The translations under genes were made by a program, and so were the position numbers. DNA of 10,469 nt, from NCBI GenBank assembly GCA_964510165.1, contig CAZEBC010000128.1, positions 1 to 10,469 of the forward strand, read 5' to 3'. The notes beneath the pieces were generated by a model. That model made no database searches, was not told where the DNA came from, and saw only the letters and a program-made list of their open reading frames with translations. The first letter of the stretch is position 1. Every line of letters starts with the position of its first letter. Shown here piece by piece: positions 5,980-10,469 of the stretch. Source of the stretch: an uncultured bacterium. GTDB taxonomy: Bacteria; Abyssobacteria; SURF-5.

Positions 5980-8364
5980 ATGGGCAGCCTCAAGCGACAC
6001 AACACATGCAGCGTCTTTCTCACAGTGATTATCGCAGTGCTCCTGGTTGGCCCGCTGGCGTCTTCCGCATTGGCCGACACAAACGCCGAGCGGCGAAAGG
6101 CTCAGGTGCTGGAACTGCTCGGCCTCGATGTGAGCGATCCGACCGTGGCCCAGTCCGCCCAACGGGCGCATGCCTTGTACGGCGTTGAAGCCCTGCCCGA
6201 TGATGGCCGCATCTCCGTCACGCTCAGGCTCAGCGAGGCCCCCGACTTCGATTCCTATCTTTATAAAGAGGAAAGGAGATTGGTGCTCGATCTGCGAAAC
6301 ACCATCAACATCAGTCCCGCCTCCAAGCTGTCCCTGGGCGAGGAAAGCCCGATCGCCGAAGTGCGAAACAGCCAGTTCCGGGTAACCCCGACGTTCATCT
6401 CGCGGGTTGTCCTCGAACTCGACGAATACGCGGACCCCGAGATTCGGACTGAGGGAACCAACCTCGTCATATCGGCCCCCATTATCCGTAAAGAGGCTGC
6501 CGCGAACCAGCCGGCCCCAGGCGCGACGAGCGAGGTTGTGCCCGTGCCCGCCATTCCGGTTGACGTTGAGGGTGGCTTCGTGATGGCGGCGCATTCAATG
6601 CCGACGAGCGCCGGTCTGGGCTTCATGCTGACGGAAGAAATGATAAGCGTTGAAGCGGAGGCGCAGGAAACCGCCGAGCCGGAACCAGTCGCAGACGAGA
6701 CCCCTGAGCAGGAAGTCGCCGTCACCGAAGCGAACGCTCAGGTCGAACAGATAGCGAAAGCCGACGTGGAGCAGCCTGCCGCAGAAACCGAGCCGGTCGA
6801 AGAGCCCGAGACGGTTGTCGAGGCCGAGCCGGTGCAGGCCGAGCCTGAAGCAGCCGAGGGCGAGGCTCAAGTCGTTGCGGAGGCTGTAGAGCCGGTTGCG
6901 GAGCAGCCCGCCGTCGAACCGCAAGAGGCGACGGAGCCGTCTCAGGAGAACCCGACGCCCGTAGCCGTTGAGGTTCCCGAGACTTCGCAGGCGGAGCCTG
7001 AGGTTCAGGTTGCCCAGCAATACGACGAGCCGCAAGCCGCGGAGCCTGTGGCCGAGCCGGGCATGGAAGAACCCGTCCCCGCGGCGCCTCCGGTTGAGGA
7101 AACGAAGGAGGAATTGGAGTTCAACAATCACGTGACGCTGATGTTCCGTGACGCCGACCTCAACGCGGTGCTCGACATACTCGCCCGCAAGGGAAACATC
7201 AACATCCTGGCCGGCAAGGACGTGAAGGGTACCGTGACGGTCAGGCTTGTGGATGTGCCGTTCGACGTGGCGTTGAACGCCATCCTCAACGTGAACGGAT
7301 ATGGATACGTGAGGACCGACAACATCGTGCGCATTCTGCCGCTGTCGCAGCTTGGCAAGGTTGTCGAGACCACGACCGAGACGTATCTGCTAAGTTACGC
7401 CACGGCCGAGGATGCCAAGAAGACGCTTCAGCCCTTCCTCACTCCCAACGGCGGCATTCAGACCGACAAGCGGACGAACATGCTCATCGTGACCGATGTC
7501 CCCAGCAACATGGACCGCATCCGCGGGCTGGTTCCCGCGATTGACCGGCGCGTCCAGCAGGTGCTCATTGAGGTGCTCATCCTCGACTCCGTCCTTTCGG
7601 ACGCGACCGACCTGGGCATCCAGTGGACCCTGTTCAACGCCGACGATAACAGCCTTGTTGAGCAAGAAGACAGTCTCACGACGACCGATCAGGACGCCGT
7701 CAGCGTGAATCTCCCAGTAACCGGCCAGGCGCTCCAGCTCAGCTTCGGCACTCTGCTGGGAGACTTCAAACTCGAGTCGTTCATATCGGCCATCGTGGAG
7801 AACAGCGATTCCCGCGTTCTGGCGAACCCGAAGATTCTCACGCTCAACAACGAGTCGGCCAGCATCGAGATCGTTGAGGAGTTCCCATACAGTGACGTGA
7901 CGCAAACAAGCTCCGGAGGTCAGCTCTCCAACATCACCTTCAAGGAGATCGGCACCAAGCTGGATGTGACCCCGCAGATCACGCATGACGAACACGTGAT
8001 CCTTAAGGTCGCGCCCGAGCAGAACTCGATCGCCGGTACCACAATCACTGGAGTGCCGAGAGTAGACACCCGTCGCGCCGAGACCACGCTTATCGTGAAG
8101 AACCATCAGACGGTGGTGCTCGGCGGGCTCCGCGAGAACCGCAAGATCAAGGGAGTCTCGAAGGTTCCGCTTCTCGGCGACCTGCCTGGCGTGAAGTACG
8201 CTTTCCGTAGCGTCTCGAGCGACGACGCCGATACGGAACTGCTGGTGTTCATCACGGTTCACATTGTTGATGCGCCGCCCTTGCTTGCAGATCAGAAGCT
8301 GAAGTTTGGTGAACTCGCGAACCTCCCGCGCAAACCTTGGACCACAATCGATCTGGTTCGCTGA
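5980..8364 (+). CDS. pilQ: Type IV pilus secretin PilQ (AMIN domain, acidic linker, STN/N domains, secretin domain)
   Basis: Signal peptide; AMIN domain (RLVLDL, EVRNSQF, RVVLEL); STN (VTLMFRDADL...VKGTVTVRLVDVPFD); N domain (DKRTNMLIVTD); secretin core (QVLIEV, LANPKILTLNN, GTKLDVTPQI, TVVLGGL, SKVPLLGDLP, ELLVFIT). Confidence 0.95.
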   Translation: MGSLKRHNTCSVFLTVIIAVLLVGPLASSALADTNAERRKAQVLELLGLDVSDPTVAQSAQRAHALYGVEALPDDGRISVTLRLSEAPDFDSYLYKEERRLVLDLRNTINISPASKLSLGEESPIAEVRNSQFRVTPTFISRVVLELDEYADPEIRTEGTNLVISAPIIRKEAAANQPAPGATSEVVPVPAIPVDVEGGFVMAAHSMPTSAGLGFMLTEEMISVEAEAQETAEPEPVADETPEQEVAVTEANAQVEQIAKADVEQPAAETEPVEEPETVVEAEPVQAEPEAAEGEAQVVAEAVEPVAEQPAVEPQEATEPSQENPTPVAVEVPETSQAEPEVQVAQQYDEPQAAEPVAEPGMEEPVPAAPPVEETKEELEFNNHVTLMFRDADLNAVLDILARKGNINILAGKDVKGTVTVRLVDVPFDVALNAILNVNGYGYVRTDNIVRILPLSQLGKVVETTTETYLLSYATAEDAKKTLQPFLTPNGGIQTDKRTNMLIVTDVPSNMDRIRGLVPAIDRRVQQVLIEVLILDSVLSDATDLGIQWTLFNADDNSLVEQEDSLTTTDQDAVSVNLPVTGQALQLSFGTLLGDFKLESFISAIVENSDSRVLANPKILTLNNESASIEIVEEFPYSDVTQTSSGGQLSNITFKEIGTKLDVTPQITHDEHVILKVAPEQNSIAGTTITGVPRVDTRRAETTLIVKNHQTVVLGGLRENRKIKGVSKVPLLGDLPGVKYAFRSVSSDDADTELLVFITVHIVDAPPLLADQKLKFGELANLPRKPWTTIDLVR
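6631..7122 (+). repeat. Low-complexity E/P/A/V/Q-rich segment inside pilQ (degenerate EP / AEPVAE units)
   Basis: Recurring GAGCC(G/T) and translated units such as AEPEPVA, EPVEEPE, AEPVQAEPE, VEPVAE, AEPVAEP. Almost no basic or aromatic residues. Confidence 0.7.
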
Positions 8365-8382
8365 AACATAACCGGAACGAAC

Positions 8383-8419
8383 AGGGGGCCGCGACGAAAA
8401 CAAAACGTCGCGGCCCTTT
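8383..8419. terminator. Hairpin between convergent pilQ and the Mor/CD3324-like gene; probable bidirectional terminator
   Basis: Perfect 11 bp stem GGGCCGCGACG (8386-8396) / CGTCGCGGCCC (8406-8416), loop AAAACAAAA, short TTT tail on the + strand. Confidence 0.75.
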
Positions 8420-8469
8420 CCATTCCGAGAGCGATAGGCCGGTTTCCGCCGCATGCCGCATCTCCAAAG

Positions 8470-8847
8470 TCACACCGGCGGCGCCGTGCGCACCACCATC
8501 CGCCGCTGGATGCGGCGCCTCACGGTAATCCCGGAGTACTGGCGGCGGCGAGACCGGCTGGGGCGTTCCCATCCCGGCTCTTTCAGGCCGCACACGATGT
8601 TCTCTATCTGGCGCACGGTCAGGCAAAACTGTTCTGCGAGCGCCTGGTATATGTCCCTGGTCCCGCCGAAGGAGGGGTCGGCCTGATATATCTGGAAGCA
8701 CTGGGCGATCTCATGGTTTCGCGCGGCATAGTAGTCCTCGTTGAAGTACAGCACGGCCCCGTTGCGGCTGTCTTTCGGGATATGCTTGAGCACCTCGACC
8801 AGCAGGTGGGTTGGCAGGATTTGTCTTGCGTTGAAATACTGGGCCAT
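8470..8847 (-). CDS. Small Mor-like / CD3324-family-like HTH protein with an Arg-rich tail
   Basis: Start set at ATG 8847 (RBS AAGGAG 9 nt upstream, at 8857-8862); 125 aa. Pattern YFNARQILPTHLL..V...G..LY...RNHEI...LAEQFCLTVRQIENIV resembles, from memory, the CD3324 family N-terminus (Y.NA..ILP.EL) and the Mor C-terminal HTH (RN..I....LA..Y.L+.R.I..I+). Has its own consensus promoter. Confidence 0.72.
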   Translation of the reverse strand: MAQYFNARQILPTHLLVEVLKHIPKDSRNGAVLYFNEDYYAARNHEIAQCFQIYQADPSFGGTRDIYQALAEQFCLTVRQIENIVCGLKEPGWERPSRSRRRQYSGITVRRRIQRRMVVRTAPPV

Positions 8848-8882
8848 GGTTGCTCGCTCCTTCGTCATTTCATCCGCGAAAC

Positions 8883-8930
8883 CAAAATCATCGCTGTTAG
8901 CGATAATTATAGCTCATAGATATGATTTTG
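8883..8930. promoter_or_regulatory. Putative tandem operators for the XRE/S24 repressor
   Basis: 48 bp imperfect palindrome (19 of 24 positions pair) containing ATCGCT-GTT-AGCGAT (8890-8904) and ATAGCT-CAT-AGATAT (8909-8923). It overlaps the -10, the spacer and the expected start site of the leftward promoter. Confidence 0.7.
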
Positions 8931-8934
8931 TCAA
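8906..8934 (-). promoter_or_regulatory. Perfect consensus sigma70 promoter for the Mor/CD3324-like gene
   Basis: On the minus strand: TTGACA (8934-8929), 17 nt spacer (8928-8912), TATAAT (8911-8906). Confidence 0.9.
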
Positions 8935-8972
8935 GGGCGTTCCAAAAGAAAGTTTAGAGGCGCCACCGCGAT

Positions 8973-9002
8973 TTGACAAAAGGGCAGCCAGTCGTGTACA
9001 CT
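8973..9002 (+). promoter_or_regulatory. Sigma70 promoter for the repressor gene
   Basis: TTGACA (8973-8978), 18 nt spacer, TACACT (8997-9002), followed by RBS AAGGA (9011-9015) and GTG 9024. Confidence 0.7.
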
Positions 9003-9023
9003 TTATGTGAAAGGACGGCAGGC

Positions 9024-9632
9024 GTGCGAATAGGCGCAAGAATAAGGGCTGTCAGGAAATCCAAGTCGCCGAGGATGTCAAGTTCCGAGCTCGCGCGGAG
9101 GGCGGACATTTCGCAGTCGTACGTGATCGAGATAGAGAGCGGCAGGAAGAATCCATCGCTTGAGGTTCTTTCTCGGCTCGCGCGAGCACTTGATATATCG
9201 CTGTCAGAAATCCTTTCCGGGCCGCCGCAGTCGCCGCCCGTGCGTTACCGGTACGTGCCGGTGATTAACAGGGTGTCGTGCGGGGAATGGCTGGATGTGG
9301 GTGACCTGGAGTTTCCGCCGGGGTTTGGAGCGGATTACGAGTTGACGGACTCGCCGGACGCGAACGCCTTCTATGTCATCGCTGAGGGCGATAGCATGGT
9401 GGGCGGCAGGATCAAGGAGGGTGACTATCTGCTCGTCTCGCCCAATGTGCAGTGCAATCCGGGCGACATCGTTCTGGCCAAGTCGGATGAAGGTGTGACG
9501 GTAAAACGTTATGCGTTGAAGAATGAGGAAGTGGTTCTGGAGCCTTTAAACCCGGCGTACAAGCCCATCGTTGTCGGCAAGAGGTCGGACCTGAAGATTT
9601 ACAAGATTGCGGAAATCAAGATAAAGCTGTAA
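9024..9632 (+). CDS. XRE-family HTH plus peptidase S24 repressor (LexA/cI-like, autocleaving)
   Basis: HTH_3 pattern (IGARIRAVRK...ELARRADISQSYVIEIESGRKNPSLEVLSRLARALDIS). Cleavage loop VPVINRVSCG (Cys86-Gly87), catalytic Ser124 (GDSM) and Lys161 (TVKR) with the LexA-like 37-residue spacing. GTG 9024 start has an RBS. Confidence 0.92.
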   Translation: MRIGARIRAVRKSKSPRMSSSELARRADISQSYVIEIESGRKNPSLEVLSRLARALDISLSEILSGPPQSPPVRYRYVPVINRVSCGEWLDVGDLEFPPGFGADYELTDSPDANAFYVIAEGDSMVGGRIKEGDYLLVSPNVQCNPGDIVLAKSDEGVTVKRYALKNEEVVLEPLNPAYKPIVVGKRSDLKIYKIAEIKIKL

Positions 9633-9664
9633 GATAAGCCCAAGGGAAGCAAGGAGCTTGTAAG

Positions 9665-10057
9665 GTGTCACGTCGAAGAGAATCGCGCAAGCCGAAGGTG
9701 CTCATCATTGATGCCGTTCCGGGGCACGTCACCGAGATATCGCGGCATCTGAAGAAACATGGGTTTCGGCCCCTGTCATGTCTTTCGCCGGCATCGGCGC
9801 TCAAGGAAATCCGGAGACTTCTGCCCGATGCGGTCATAGTCGAGATCATCATGCCTGTCGTGTCGGGGTTCGAGATAGCCGCGCGGATGCAGGCCGACAG
9901 TCGGCTGAGCCGAATCCCGATATTCTTCACGACCGATATTCAGAACTCCACGGGCGAGAATCACGATTATTTTCCCAGGCCGTTCGACAAAGACGACCTC
10001 GTGCGCTCCCTCAGAGAACGTATTGCTGGTAACCAGTGCCGAAATGGCGACGAGTGA
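9665..10057 (+). CDS. Single-domain atypical (pseudo-)response regulator receiver
   Basis: CheY-like pattern KVLIID / PDAVIVEIIMPVVSGFE / IPIFFTT / DYFPRPF. RBS AAGGAG at 9651-9656 and GTG start. Phosphoacceptor Asp is Glu60 and the conserved Lys is Arg105. Confidence 0.85.
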   Translation: MSRRRESRKPKVLIIDAVPGHVTEISRHLKKHGFRPLSCLSPASALKEIRRLLPDAVIVEIIMPVVSGFEIAARMQADSRLSRIPIFFTTDIQNSTGENHDYFPRPFDKDDLVRSLRERIAGNQCRNGDE

Positions 10058-10133
10058 TCTACGTGCGTTGGCCGGCGGATCACGTGACGGAGCGTGAGTC
10101 GCGGCATTCTCCCACCCCGTAAAGGAGAAAGCA

Positions 10134-10469
10134 ATCAAGACGGAATCCCTCGTGTTGGCGTTCGCCGTTCTGCTTGTTTCTCTCTGTCTGTTGGGAAGCT
10201 GTTCGGGTTTCTCGAAATCCTCAAGCGCGGCGCTTCTTCGAATCGAGGGTGATGCGGCGAAGGACCGCGCCTTGGGTCGCCATGTGACAAGTTTCTCCGA
10301 TCTCTGGATGGCGACGGCTTTCCGGAGATAGCTGCCGTATCGCCGTCAACGGGGCTGGGCAGCATCGTTGTGTATTCGGGGGCGAGCGGCCAGCTCATGT
10401 ACCGGATAGGAGGAGTCGCAAACGAATACTCCCTCTTGTGTTTCTCTCCGGTTGCGGACCTCAACGGTG
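10134..10469 (+). pseudogene. FG-GAP/VCBS (integrin-alpha-like beta-propeller) repeat lipoprotein gene, apparently disrupted; runs off the window end
   Basis: AGGAG (10123-10127) + 6 nt + ATC. Frame 1 reads IKTESLVLAFAVLLVSLCLLGSC...ALGRHVTSFSD. Removing a CT at 10302-10303 continues as LDGDGFPEIAAVSPSTGLGSIVVYSGASGQLMYRIGG...VADLNG, giving two FG-GAP Ca-binding motifs. The uncorrected frame stops at TAG 10329-10331. Confidence 0.75.

Noticed and set aside
6631-7122. CRISPR array or exact tandem repeat
   Set aside because: The repeats are short, degenerate, in-frame and explained by amino acid bias; there is no repeat-spacer periodicity.
4511-8454. Long antisense ORFs (4511-5407, 5257-6594, 6595-7131, 7390-8454)
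   Set aside because: They are shadows of well-supported pil genes in GC-rich DNA, with no recognisable motifs.
8973-9023. TTG 8973 start for the repressor
   Set aside because: That TTG is part of the -35 box TTGACA. GTG 9024 has an RBS and begins right at the HTH domain.
8470-9632. Calling this region a prophage or mobile element
   Set aside because: No integrase, att-like repeats, replication or structural genes lie in the window; only the regulatory pair is present.
10285-10305. Programmed -1 ribosomal frameshift in the FG-GAP gene
   Set aside because: There is no X-XXY-YYZ slippery heptamer in the correct frame, and a simple CT duplication restores the motif exactly.
10135-10464. 109 aa minus-strand ORF
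   Set aside because: It is the antisense shadow of the FG-GAP gene, whose plus-strand signal peptide and repeat motifs are much more convincing.

Overview
GC-rich chromosomal window from a diderm bacterium. Left to right: (1) a stand-alone NDP-forming acyl-CoA synthetase alpha-type (CoA-binding) gene; (2) a secreted two-heme c-type cytochrome with extra beta-rich domains, followed by an intrinsic terminator; (3) a ~550 bp regulatory gap with a near-perfect sigma54 promoter, preceding a type IV pilus pilMNOPQ operon that has unusual parts (non-lipoprotein PilP-like protein, ~165 aa acidic linker in PilQ); (4) a phage-immunity-like switch with no phage genes in the window. In this switch an XRE/S24 (LexA/cI-like) self-cleaving repressor is divergent from a small Mor/CD3324-like HTH gene, whose perfect TTGACA-N17-TATAAT promoter is overlapped by a 48 bp palindrome holding two operator-like sites; (5) an atypical receiver-only protein (phosphoacceptor Asp replaced by Glu); (6) the start of an FG-GAP repeat lipoprotein gene missing from the ORF track, with an ATC start and a +2 frameshift. 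All calls come from reading motifs by eye; no database searches were run.
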